In this document: positions 1 through 13,469 of the stretch, one piece after another
Layout of the letters: every line of letters begins with the position of its first letter
Position numbering within the stretch: position 1 is the stretch's first letter
Source: Lytechinus pictus
Taxonomy: Eukaryota
Length of the DNA stretch: 64,000 bases
Direction of reading: 5' to 3'
Assembly: GCF_037042905.1 (NCBI RefSeq)
Contig: NC_087252.1
Span: 7,194,001 to 7,258,000, forward strand
The notes under the pieces: model-generated
Database searches by the model: none
What the model saw: only the letters and a program-made list of their open reading frames with translations
What the model was told of the DNA's origin: nothing
Translations under genes and position numbers: made by a program

Positions 1-164
1 GAAGCAAAATTTTGTATGAAGAGAGAGAAGAACATCTCGTTTAGGTCTTTATTCTTTTGACAAAAAGAAAGAAAAAATAAAACAATAAAGCTATACCTTT
101 CTTCCCTTTTCTCCCTTCGCTTTTTCTTTTTCTCCCTTTTCCCCTTCTTAATTCTTTCTTTTTG

Positions 165-220
165 GGGGCGTTTTTTATGGGGGGGCGACCGCCCCCACCG
201 CCCCCCTGGCTACGCGCCTG
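165..220. mobile_element. Terminus of a GC-rich hAT-like MITE
   Basis: Ends ...ccccctggctacgcgcctg (reverse complement CAGGCGCGTAGCCAGGGGGG). The other end is not seen in the window. Confidence 0.45.
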
Positions 221-538
221 AATCCTCATATCAGTGATAAAAAAAAAATGATATAATCGTGAGAGCGTGAAGCACGAGCTGATTTTTCCCTCTACAATGA
301 CAGGAAGCTCTTCAAAATTTCTGTCGGCAAATGCGTCACTCTTTTCCTCGATCCTTTCCTTTGTCTTCTTCTTTCCTTTTCCTTGGTTATAACATGGAAT
401 GGGCATGCATATGTATGCATGCATATATATGCAAGCGCACACTCGATCGGACCCATTGCTATACCCCGCATATAATTATATATTACGAGAAATTTGATTG
501 GCCGTTCCAACATCTGTGTTAAAAGATACGAACCGTTG

Positions 539-900
539 CGTACGTTATGACACAACCATACGTACGTTATGACACAACCATGCGTACGTTATGACAGAAC
601 CACGCGTACGTTATGACAGAACCACGCGTACGTTATGACTATACGACGCGTACGTAATGACTATATTAAGCATGCGTAATGACAGAACCACGCGTACGCA
701 ATGACAGAACCACGCGTACGTAATGACAGAACCACGCGTACGTAATGACAGAACCACGCGTACGTTATGCCAAAACCATACGTACGTTAAGAATGTCATA
801 GAAGTATAATAGAAAATGTCCATACGTACGTTCTGTCAAGACCATACGTACGTTATGACAGATCCACGCGTACGTTATGAAAGAACCATGCGTACGTTCT
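539..900. repeat. 22-bp minisatellite (CGTACGTTATGACAGAACCACG)n
   Basis: About 15 degenerate tandem units visible directly. Confidence 0.9.
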
Positions 901-2120
901 GGCTTGCACGCGTATGGTTTTGGCATGCGTTTTGGCGGGAACGGCCCACCATACCCCCGGGAATCAATCTCGACGTGATCCTGAAGATTCGATACGGCCC
1001 GTGCTTCCGAGCCATACGAATACACGCATGCTTGTACTCTCGCGCGCATATACCGTTGGCGAGCCAACGACCTACGATGTGCCTACTATGTGCACAACAT
1101 ATAGGCCCTCCGCCGCATAAATTTAGTACATATTTTAGAATTTTCGTATCGTTTTTTTTCCTGTCGGCGTTGGGAGAAGAATAAAGGTAAAGAAGAGGAA
1201 TGGGAAGGTGGACTGGAAGAAGAAGAGAACAAGAAGAATATAATGTAAAAGTAACAAAACAATAACTCGGAGTTAAAAAAAAAATGATGAACCATCACAC
1301 AACAGCACACAACATTCACAGTGCTTCACAATAAATATTTCACTTCTGTTCATACATGCAATAAATATTGTGGAAAACAAATAAAAGGCGTACCCATATT
1401 CAAATACCGTTTAAAAGGACAAATATATTATACCTTTCGAGAAAAATCAGCACGTTAAATATCTGATAATAAAACATAATTATGGGGCACTGCAAGAAAC
1501 TTATGTTCAATTGCAAATCAAGCGTAAGTCTTAAATTCAAATTCAAGCGTAATAAGGTCGAGTTGCAATCGCAATTCAACTACATGTTTATCAAAGGACT
1601 TACCCTTGATTTGGGACGTGTGATTGAGTATAACATCTCTCGCAAAATGCCCTAGTAACATTAAAATTGTTCTTTCGTTTTAAATTGTGTGTTATTATTT
1701 TTGACAAGCTGTATTCCTGTCAAGTCAAATTTCTTAATTCTCTCCAAAACTGTGCTCAAAATTGTTTCCAAGATTGATAAAGAAAATTTTTCTTTTGTAT
1801 CATTATCAGTCCACAACTTGCAAACCGTAGGTCCTGGAAAGAGTGAAGAAAAAAATGGCTATATCCAAATCATAGTAAAAGGACATGATGGAATCTCCCA
1901 GATTGAGGTAGCAAGCAGAGACCAGAAGTCACCAGAGTCAGCAAGTGTGCAGATCTGTGTGTAGAAGAGAGAAAAAAAGAAATAGTTTAAATAATCAAAT
2001 CAAAGTATGAATTTAATTATCGTGATGATTGATGACGTGCGGTGTCATGTAATTCCCGGTCAACAACAAATGATAGTAGGTTAAGACACCTGAAAAGTTT
2101 CACTCAGAACACTGGTGCTC

Positions 2121-2269
2121 TACCTCAAGTGATGTTTGTGTAGGCCCCACTCCACTTCACTACCGCTACACTACCGTACATGTACGCCACACCTACCCGG
2201 GTAGGTGTGTAGCGTAGTGTAGGCTGTAGCAGTAGTGAAGTGGAGACTACACGAACATCACTTGAGGTA
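2121..2269. mobile_element. 149-bp fold-back MITE, hAT-like
   Basis: Termini TACCTCAAGTGATGTT / AACATCACTTGAGGTA, centre cctacccgggtagg, 8-bp flanks tggtgctc / cggtgctc. Confidence 0.75.
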
Positions 2270-4109
2270 CGGTGCTCTCTGAGTCTCTGTGTCATTACAA
2301 AGATTGCATTTATCTTCATTGTTGAAGGCATTACGCATGCATATATGCAGCAACACTCTAATCAGAAAGAAACACCAGACTCTAATTTTGGCCCACCCAA
2401 GGGTTCATTACATGCCGCCGCGCACAGAAAATTCAAGCCATAGAAGTCGTGTGTTGTGGAGTTGTGGACCCAAGAAGTGAGATCCCAGCACGCGCGACCC
2501 ACTAGTTAGAAATCCACTGCCAAACGTGGTTCGTGGTGCGAGGTTAGTATACTAATACTAACCTCGCAATACATGTGAGTGATTTTGGCCAGGAATCAGG
2601 GTAATCACTGCTGAAAATTTGTCTGGCTTCATGACATCGGCATCAATTCATGGTGATATAATTCTGTGTATAATAAAAACTTAAACATTCCTCTGAAACA
2701 GCAGATTTTCAGCCATGGTCCATACCAGTGCTCCTAAATAATTTAATCGCCTGCCTGAGTCCTGACCATTTTTAGAAATCTGAAGAAAAAATCTGCTGGA
2801 ATTGTGCAAAAACATTATTTCTAAAATAAAGTCTTTTTAATTTTAATAGTATACGCCAAAATGCATGATTCTAAACTTATATCAGATCTGTATCTGTCAT
2901 CTGACCTGAATGCATCGTCAGAACAAGTGCAGTTTCCAAACATGCTTACCTTGACTTTTGACTGGATCAAACAGCGTAACCTGCAACATGCATCGGGAGC
3001 AAGTGAATGGGACCGTGCAGCTTGGAGTTTTTCAATAGTTAGTAGAGCAACACAACGAAGACTGTCGAGTGGACAAAATCGATCTTTCCAGTTCACAATT
3101 CAATAAAAACCGGGCAAAATAACACAGTTCTGGTTCCCTTATAGTCTGAAGTTGTCGAAAACAGAATTCGGATATCACAATACATGAAGAAAACGGTAAA
3201 TTCGAAGAAAAATAGAGACCAGGAAGGTGAATCAGCTATCAGTGTACTGCTGGCTTGCACAGAGCTAGAGAGCGGCTGAGTGAGTCGATCATTATGTGAC
3301 GTCATTATTCTCGACTGTACTGATCGCGTTATTGTCTGTCTGGGGGCGGCTGGGGGGCTGAGAAGGGTCTCTAATAATTTCATTTCTTGCATTTCCACTT
3401 TTTAGTGACATATTTGTGTATAAAAAGACAAGACCTTTCCATTCATATATAATTTGTCTATAATCATCACTTTCGTGAATTTTCTTTGGATGTATATACT
3501 TTAAACAAAATTATTATTACAACCCCAAATTCATGACGTATGTTTCTTGTTGATTTTCATTAAAACTGGTTGCAAAAGGAGAAGCTATAAACATACAAAT
3601 AGGAGCTGCGGAGTGAAGTCGAAATGCACAAAGGATTTCCTTCAGTATATTATAGACATGAGAATATTGTTTTGTTGTTTCAAAGGGCACTCGTCATGGT
3701 GACCATAAAACGGGTCCTTAATCTCAGGTGAAAGGGGCACAAAACAAGTTCTTTAGGAGCACTTTTCTTGGGTAAAAGGGGGCAGTGATTCAAGAAAGGG
3801 CACTTACAAGAAGGCGAGGGGGCACTTTTTAACACATGAAACGGGCCCTCAGATGAAAGGGCACAGAACACGTTCGGGGAGGGGGCATTTTGGGGTAAAA
3901 AATTGCATACAAGGAAGAGCACTTGGTATTTAATTGGTAACACCTAAAACAGGTTCTCATCAGATGAAAGGGACACGTTCGTGAGGGGGGGGGGCATTTT
4001 CCTTGCATAAAAAGGCACTTTTCAATGCTTTAAAAATTAGGGGGAACTTTGGATCGCTGCCCCAGCATACAAAAAACATTTTCTTTTGGTTCAAAGTATT
4101 AACATACGC

Positions 4110-4711
4110 TTAAAGGACAAGTCCACTCCAGAAAAATGTTGATTTGAATAAATAGAGAAAAATCAAACAAGCATTATGCTGAAAATTTCATCAAAATCGG
4201 ATGTAAAATAAGAAAGTTATGACATTCTTAAGTTTCACTTATTTTTCACAAAATAGTGATATGGACAACTCAGTGACATGCAAATGAGACAGTCGATGAT
4301 GTCACTCACTTTCTTTTGTTTTTTATTGTTTGAATTATACAATATTTCATTTTTTTACAGATTTGACAAGAATAAGGGCCAACTTGACTGAACCATATAG
4401 TATTAAACAATGCTAATTGCACATGTACAGGGAGGAATTAATCATTGTTTCACATGACAACAGGGAGAAAATTTGAATATTTCATATAATAAAATACAAA
4501 AGAAATAGTGAGTGAGTGATGTCATCAGTCTCTTCATTTGCATACTGACAAGGATGTGAATATAACTGTTTTGTGAAATTAAGCGCAACTTTAAAATGTC
4601 ATAACTTTCTTATTTTTCATCCGATTTTGATGAAATTTTCAGTGTTATGCTTGTTGGATTTTTCTCTTTTTATTTAAATCAACTTTTTGTTGGGGTGGAC
4701 TTGTCCTTTAA
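4110..4711. mobile_element. Kolobok-type MITE (TTAA target), copy 1
   Basis: TTAAAGGACAAGTCCAC...GTGGACTTGTCCTTTAA with long imperfect inverted arms. Confidence 0.85.
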
Positions 4712-6850
4712 GAAAAAGGTAAAGCTTAATCCTCTGATAATGTGATATTTTTTCTGGCTAATTAATAAAATTCACCACTAACCAGAGAATTCCTTCATGT
4801 CTTTCATTTGTGTTCATATAGTATTTGTACAGAGCTAAAATTAAAGCTATTTGGAATTGGCAAAATTCAAAATGAGATGGAGATTGAGAGAGGGAAAGAG
4901 TGATGAGAAGTGGGTTGAAAAGAGATGAGAAAGAAATGGAGGGGCACATATGAAGAGATAATTTAGAGAGGGGGGTGGTAAGAGAGCTAGAATGTGGGAA
5001 GTAGGAACAAAAAGGGTGGAAGAGAAATAAAACGAGATTTATGGAAACCAGGAGACAGATAACAAGTGGGAAAAGAAGATGGAAATAAATGAAGAGTTTA
5101 GTTGCAAAAGGGGTTAGGGCCACTTTGGACCATTCCGAGAAAAACCATGTTTTTATTTTCACTTATTGCAATATTCTTATGAGAAATTGTCATGATATAC
5201 TACCCTATCATGTGAACAGTGAACATAAAATTGGGTATAAAAGAAATCTATACTGTCTCTAATTTTTTTCTATATACTTAAAAAAAAATATTGTGTACCT
5301 AACCCCTTTTGCAAGTAAACTGAAGTGAATCCAATCTCTTTTAATTAAAAAAGTGATTTTTCTTTGCCACTTCCATTCACGTTTTCATTCGAATTTCAAA
5401 TTTTCTTTGGTATCATCAGAGTGACTAAAGATTTAGAAACAGAAAACAATAAAATTTATGAAAAATGGACCTAACAAACATGCCTGTGAGCCCTGTAGGG
5501 CTCACAGGCCTAATTTATTTCCCATAGACTCGTGTGTTAAAGTGGCACTTAAAAAGAATTCATAAAAAATAAGGAGGAAATTCGAGGGTTGAATGTTTAC
5601 TACCAGTGGATAGGATATTAAATGTCTGACATTCCATATCTGACCAGAAAAGGGTACGTCGACCGGCTCATTTTAAAAATAAATAAGCATTTATGAAGAC
5701 TATATACACCTGCCGGGACCAGATTCATCACTTGAGAGAGTAAAATGACCCTAATTCTTCCGCCAGTAAAAATATAGTTCCATAGTGGTGATATATCTTT
5801 CCAATTTGGAAAAAGTAAGTTCAGTAGGTACCCTCCCTAGAATCAGTGTTAGATTGTCAGTCATATTCATTCATTTTTGTCAATCAGCAATATCAAATTT
5901 AAAAATTGAGCAATGGGTTGGCTCGAATGAATATATGGCCTGCCAGTTGTGATTAGGCCCGTGCGACCTGTATTATATGGCACATGAATTTTTTTTTTAA
6001 ATTTACCTTCCTGGCTTTTCTTTAACATCTGTACACTCACTTTATCACAAAGAAATGCATGAAATATACAGATGTGTTATGTAATGACCAATTTTAATGT
6101 TACTCCTAATGTCTAGTGCCCTATGGATTTACACACATCCTACCTGCCTATATGTAGCTCAAGAATGGATGCAATGTAGGGCCCAACATCCTATAATGCA
6201 AAATTGTAGATATGCATAGTGTGCATATCTGGATGCAAGAACTGCCCACAATTATAAATACCAGATTCACATGAGTTAAATGAGATAACAATAAAAAGAA
6301 ATGAGAATTAACATACAAGCATACTATACATTCACATCTTCATATGACAAGGGGTGTAAGAGAGAACGAGGGAGAGAGGGGTGTTAGATGGCTTGTATTC
6401 TAAAGGAATGGGGGCTAGTCTGGCTAGAAATAAGTAAAAGTTAGAACAAGATAGCAGTAGCACTCATTCTCAGCCACCCCTCGAATGAATATCTATGGCC
6501 TGCCAGTTGTGATGAGGCCCGTGCGACTAGCTACACGTACGCTCCCGATTAACAAGTGACTTGCTGCCCTCTACGTTCGTTGCGTAAACCTTTATTCAAA
6601 GAAATAAAACCCGGAATAACGTTGACGAGAATTTAATAGAGGTGTTAATTCATGAGAATTTTAGACACCGTTTTCCACTTGCGATGTATGTCTACTGAAG
6701 TTTGAAATACAGCAGATGCAGATATGCCGGCCTAGCTTCTAATTGTTACTTGGAGTTATCTTGGAATTGATTAAAATTTGTGCCGGAGGCGGAGCTGAAT
6801 TCCGCACAGTAGAGGCAGAGCTAGAGCAGTGTGCAAGTACGGCACGGTAC

Positions 6851-7467
6851 GGTATACAAATAATGAATGTGTATGCGTGCAATGGGAAGAATATTTTCAT
6901 GAGATGAAAGATGTAAAGTTCCATTCAACGAGGCGTTAGCCGAGTTGAATGGAACTTTTAATCTTTCATCGAATGTAAATATTCTTTCCATTGCACAAAT
7001 ATTTACATTCATTATTTGTTTTATATAACTCATATAAGTTACAAAGTTTTTAAAAATGTAAAAAAAGGAATAAAAAGATAAAGATTAGGTTGGCCTATTT
7101 CCAGCAACTAATTTTTCTCTGATAATTGCTAGTCGGTGGATAACACCATGTATCGACAGCTCATCAGCCCTTTGCTTTCATGTTTGTGACGCGCATTGCT
7201 TCATGGATCTGAGTCGAGTGCGCACAGTCAGTTTGATCTGCGCTAACTTCATGCGCGCGAACACACACACACACACATACACAATAAGTAGACATACACA
7301 TGATTATACTGAGGGAGCGCTAGCGCGCGTACCGTGCAATGGGAAAATAAAAAATGCACGGTCACCGTGCAATGGAAAATTACAAAATGCACGCAGTAAA
7401 AAATGGACCAAATATTGAACACCTTTCAACCAATCAGATGGCAAGAATCTTCGTTTGAGTTATATAA
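6851..7467. mobile_element. Non-autonomous element with ~180-bp hairpin (Crypton-like, tentative)
   Basis: Inverted arms around cgaggcgttagccgag (centre near 6935). ttatataactca (7021) and tgagttatataa (7456) form an inverted pair. Confidence 0.5.
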
Positions 7468-8485
7468 TACTGTCTAGTCACAACCTATGCTTCAGGCCCC
7501 TGGCCCTACAGCGGCCGTACACTGGTACCTGGCGCTTGTCTGCACTTGCGACCTGCAGTTGAGAAGTGAGTCGACGAAATTGTAAACAGTTAAGCATATC
7601 CTCGCTAAATAGGTATGGTGGGGGGTCGTGTGTCCGGACACTTTATATTTTTGAAGCCTTCTTTTTTGTCTTTGGATTAGCCTACAGTATACTAATCAGT
7701 AGAGGTGCACGGCCAATATTGGACTTGGAGACTGTCTCCAATGTGGGACTCGGGGAGATTATCTCCAAAAATTAGTCCAAATATCAGAGACTTTTGTAAA
7801 GAATTTGGGTATCCAATTTCAGAGAATTTCAGTGATAAGCAGATTCCTCGTGAAATATTACCCCTTTTGACCGTCTTCTTTAAAAATTCACCGTCTACTT
7901 TTGTTTTGATTAGGATTTTTGTTGTCAATCACACACAAAACAAATGGGCTTCTGACTAGCCAGGCGGCTTCTAGAGAGTAAAAATCATTTACTAACGTAA
8001 GGTCACTCTTATACGAAGCCAGGGCTTCCGTCATATACTTTTGCGTGTACCACCAAAAAACCTGAAACTTTCGTCCCCGAAATTTCTACTTTCTTTCTAA
8101 AAGATCTAGCCCTAAATCATGTACATGGGATAAAACTTCATTTCCGACATTTCTACGCTCTCGTTGTTATTTTTGAACAAGAATTCATCAAAAAAATGAG
8201 AGAAATATTGTGTAAAGACGGAAGAGACTTGCTCGATGTTTACGCCGCCATCTTGTTTCCTATTGTTCTTCGCCAACGTTACAGACGCGTGCGTCGGGTA
8301 ACGTTGGGGAAGAACAATAGAAAACAAGATGGCCCAAAAATATAGAGAAAAACATCAAAAATGAATTTGACTTCTAACATATTAATTCTGTGGCCATGAC
8401 CACTAAGTTACATGTATTACTTTCACTTTGTCTTTGTGTAAAGTTGTTACTCTTGTATGTAAACCGTGTTTGTTGTTATATATTT

Positions 8486-11400
8486 GGTCATTTTCGAATG
8501 TGAGTGACACGACAATCGGAGAGGGTTAAGGGCTCATATCTTTAAACTTAAAGGTTTTGAATCGATCATGACTACTATATTATATGTAGGACTGGCATGG
8601 GCCACTACCAGTTTGATTTGAATTCTACAATTTGTTTAGTAGATATAATTAAAAAATGCTGCGCGAGTGACACGACAAATTTTGGACATGGGTTTCTGAC
8701 CATTATCACTTATGATTGGATTCGTGCCCAAGTAGCTGTCCAGGAGTACTTGTACCCATACATGTACGTAAATAGTGTAGCTATCTAGCACATATAGTCA
8801 CAATCAATCAAACCTCTGGAAAATGGTGCCCTCCTATATACCGTGAGTGACACGACATCCAAAACGTGAGTGACACGACAAGTGCAAAAATACAACATTT
8901 AACTCAACGAAAGTATTTTTGGCATGCTGTGCATGAGTGAAATCCCATCAACCAAAAAACAAGCTTAATACATAACAACTGCCATCTTCAATGTTGATAA
9001 TGTGTCATCCTAATGATTCTTGGTTTATGGTAATATTTTCCCATCAACTCACATTTCCTACACCATACCGCATTATTGTCACACTCGAGCTTCTACCACT
9101 CTCCTCTTTGGAGGAGGAGGCACCTGAAGGAGGTGTTATATGGTCTTGGCATTGACATCAACTCAACCATTCTTTTTGAAGCATGATTTCATTAAAAACT
9201 TTAACTCTTTCTCCCTATCTGTATATGACACTTTACGGGTTTACAATTCAGCATCCACAACTGATGGAATAATTTTTCCTTGTAAAAAAGGTATTCTGAA
9301 TAGTCACTCGCATCATCTGGCATGGTCTGGTAGCCAATGATGTCATGTATGACTCCTTTTTCTTGAAATATTGGATTACAATATTATCCTCCTTAAATAT
9401 TTTAGGCATTATCCAAATAGGACTTCAATGTCTTTTTTTTTTTACACTGAACCAAACCACAGTTACTTGGCTGCACACTTCAGATGGACTTTTTGCAAAT
9501 CCTTGAGAAACAAATAATAGGGATCAAGTTCAACTCATCAAGCATTGGTTTTCTCCTGAACACTGCTTGTATGTGGACCCCTCCAAAGACTCTGTACCAA
9601 AATTCAGAGCTATGATTTTCAGCAGGAATCTTGCAAGCTGCTTTTCATTGCTAATTATCATATTTGACAATAAACCAAACCATGGGTAATACATGGAAAG
9701 CCACGAGGTGAAAGACGCATAGTCAGTACCTGATTCTTGCAAAAAGCCACAGCACAGTCTGTTGGTATTACCTACAAGGCTACAACTACAAGTCATTAGC
9801 CTTTCCTTTGATGAGCCTTTGGATGTTACACTGAAATTCAATTCAGCATCCCCAACCATCAAATACTCCCCCTATACCTCCATATGGCATAGCTTTTTCC
9901 CCACTTGGTCCAGCTCAGTTCTAACCAGGGTCCCCCCCCCCCCAAGAAAAATTTATCTACATGAAAACATGGCAACTCACCAGACATGCAGTTGCTCAAA
10001 TGCAAATTCGGTCTTGGTTGGGACTTGTTGGGACCTACATATACCTAATTTACCCTATTAATTTGTTGTGTGGAATGCAAATCTGCTCTGAACCCACATC
10101 TGCCCACTCACAGTAGTTTGCTGTGCAGACCCTAGTTCATCACTACTAGTGGTATGAATGGTGGCCGAACAAAGAACGATTTTGAACCAGGCATGTAGCT
10201 ACTTCAAGCAATATCCAAAATGCTCTTTTAAATCTCAGTATATCCTCACCGGAGATGTTCTTGCAAAAAATTTGTTTATTTTATGTCCTCGATTACAAGC
10301 TTTGTTGCAAAAAAGGTTAATTTTCATTAATCAGAAGGGAAAGATTTTTTTCTGATTTTGAAAGAATGTTTGGTGTTCACGGAGATCCCTTCATACACTT
10401 TTCTACCATTAGAATGATCTATTTCTGCAAATTTCAAAATAAGATCCCTGACCTTGCTAGCTTTAAACCTTAAGTTCTTAATTTATACAAAGAAATAACA
10501 TTCCTAAAAAGATAGGTGAATGTTCTGCTCATTTCTGTAAATGGAGACAGAGAATGTTCCAGTCATACCTGACTAATTTGAACCAATGTTACCAAATCTT
10601 TATTCACTGTAAATATGTTCATTACTATGTATAGTGGTTTTTCTCTTGATATATTCATAATTTTGTGTTGATTGATTATGTTACTATTTTTTCTCAGTAC
10701 ATCATTAAAATATGAATTAGGATCTGAGACTTCACACAAATGGAAAGTTGTCAGGATTTTTGAAACTGAGGAAACCATGGAGAGGAAAGACAATAGATGA
10801 ACTCAATGTCAAATTCAATATTTCCATTGATAGGGGTGAAGTTGGGAAAAAGGAAAAAAATATTAGCCTTACATAGGCCTAAATGATGTCAGGAACAACA
10901 TTTTGACTCCATCCCTGAATTTATGTCGTAAAATCCTTTAAAATTATTCGATGTCCTTTTTTATACACAATATGAGACCGTGAGTGACACAGCATTTCGT
11001 TAGTGACATGACATTGTGAGTGACACGACACAACTTTAACAGTTAATTTTAGCTTCACCTTGACACATTGGACCAAGTTACTTTAGCCTATACAATAAGG
11101 TATGGGAAAACTGTATTTGCTCCTGTACTGGGATAAATTAATTTTCAGAATACACAGCTCTAAGAAAACTTTTTGTCTTTAAAAACGTGAGTGACACGAC
11201 AACCAGTTTTGAAAACTTTAAAGATCTACTTTTTTTCAGAAAAACACTTCAGATTATTATTTTTTGGTTATTTACGAGTTACATACAATACAGAGCTTGT
11301 ATCTTGCCAACAAATATGCTTCTAATACAAATTTTATATTGTGATAGGCAATATGTGAATTTTAATGCAAAAATCAGCATTTTGTAACATTAAATTCCCC

Positions 11401-11558
11401 TCGCACTTAATTCACTGTATTTCAAGACACAATAATTTTATGTAACTGAAATGGAAAAACATACTTTGAGATGTCTAGTTTAAAAAACCATTGAAGCCTA
11501 CTGATTTCTAGCAAGTTTTAATTTTCACCCCCATGTCCACTTATGTTTGAAAATGACC
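8486..11558. mobile_element. 3.1-kb DNA transposon with 4-bp TSD (Sola-like, tentative), copy 1
   Basis: TIR GGTCATTTTC(G/A)AA / TTTGAAAATGACC, TSD ATTT/ATTT. Full-length second copy at 33011-36301. Repeated GTGAGTGACACGAC motif near both ends. Confidence 0.85.
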
Positions 11559-13469
11559 ATTTGCAAATTGATTTGAGGTAAAATATAATTTATTTTATCA
11601 TTGTAAATATGAAATGATTGGAACAGAATAAATCAATTATATTGTTCCCAGGTTGTGTGGACGTTTTACTTGTAGACATGTATGTCCGATATAGGCACAC
11701 ACTCATCATGCTATAAAGTAAATAAATTATGCATAACGAACTCGGATACAAAACAAAAATTTTCCCTTCCTAATTGAATCCCAAAACCTTGAGTATGCAG
11801 GCTCCAAATCCAGTTTATTTTTGTTTTCTCTGCCTTGCAGCATATTATAGCAGGAGAAAATCATAGAATAGGCCTATGCTGCAAAATGAGAACAATGCAT
11901 AAAAGTGGGAGACAAACCAACATTTTCAAAAAAAATGCACAAAAAGAAAACAAATAGTTAAAGAAAGAAGTGAAATAAAACGAAAGAAAAAAGGAAATGA
12001 AGAAAGAAAAAAGAACAGGAGAAAAAAATAAGAATTATTTTTTAAATTAGAAAAAGAAAAGAAACAAAAGAACATGAAAGAAAAATGAATAAAACAAAAT
12101 GAAGACAAAAATTTGGAAAAGGGGAAGAGAAAGGGGGAAAATTAAGGAGCCATTACAAACATTTTAACAGCTGTGGTAAAAGTCTATTCTATCTGGAATG
12201 CAATTAAAAGCCAACCAAACAATTTTCATTTGCCTTTTGGGAATGGGGCATTTCTATTTTTTTATCCTTCAGTTGTATTATTAATCATTTTTTATCTTTA
12301 ATCAGGCAAAGTCAATAGGAAAGGGTAGAAACAGCTTACCCACTGTCAAAATAATGAAAGAGAAAAAGATAACGATAAGGGAACGGCGAAAGTTATATCT
12401 GGAAAAAAAGTGTGAGAAAAGTCCTTCCCTTTATTTGCCAAAATGTCGGAAAATCTACATTTCATATCAATGAAATGCCTTCCAAAAGTATTTAGTTTTT
12501 CAAGAGTGGTTTAAGAAGTCATTTATAAACAATAAAGAAATAAATTATCTGTTAAACTTTGGCTAGAAAAGATACAGCTTTGAAAGAAACTAAGTATCAA
12601 TACACATACAAATGCACACGTGAGACTGTAATGTACTCTCCTTTGGGTTTTTGTGTGTATTCATTCATTTAAAATTCAGTCTTTTATAGTCAAAAGAGAG
12701 GTGATAATTCCTCTTTTTAATGATTCCAAATAATCAGGGTATGCCAGATTTTAGCAATATGGACTGTAGAAGGGCATTTCATTGGTGTTAAAAGTGACTT
12801 TTTGACTTACATTTTCAAAATTCTGTTGAAGATTTCTTAGCAGCAACATTATTTCTTATCGTGGCTACGTCCACAGGCTGCAACATGTAGTTGCAATGGC
12901 TTCATTCAGCTTATGATATGCCATTCACGCCGGTGTAGTGGCGGATTCGGTTCCACCGGCGGATATCGTTCTGAATGGCCGATATTATTTTTAATCGGAA
13001 CCATATCCGCCGGGTTTGACGCGGCTTGAAGTTTGCAGATTTGGTTCCTCGGCGGATTTGGTTCTATTGACTATACGTGTAATTCAGACAACCTCGGCAG
13101 CACGCGCATGCGAGGCTCTGGCAATGTCGATCGCAAGGAGGGAGGGGGGGGGGGTTTCGTCCGCCTTTAGTGATTTTTTTATTCAGGGGCGGATCCATAC
13201 AGCGTTCGACATAGGGCTCGATGGGGGTGAGGATTAATAGGAGAAATAATGTCTCGATATTTCATGTTTTACATAGACCTGGCACATACGCCAAAACTTT
13301 GCTGTTTATTATTATAAGATTTTGATGAAATTTTCATCATTTTGTTTTTGTGAATTTTTATACTATTTTCAGTCCGCAGTTCTTATCGATCTCTTTAACT
13401 GTGCTTTTTCACACCAATGTTAGTGTCAGTTTGCCTGACTGTTTGGCGAAAATGTGCACCCCCATACAG

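Noticed and set aside
539..900. CRISPR-like array
   Set aside because: Contiguous tandem units with no unique spacers, no cas genes, eukaryotic context.
1604..1954. Minus-strand exon (good acceptor at 1955, donor-like site near 1603)
   Set aside because: The frames checked stop within about 30 codons and the donor lies in MITE-like sequence. A non-coding exon cannot be excluded.
4758..5162. 134-aa minus-strand ORF and similar F/L/K-rich ORFs (41-442, 11926-12108, 16684-16872)
   Set aside because: Products of purine- or pyrimidine-rich low-complexity tracts.
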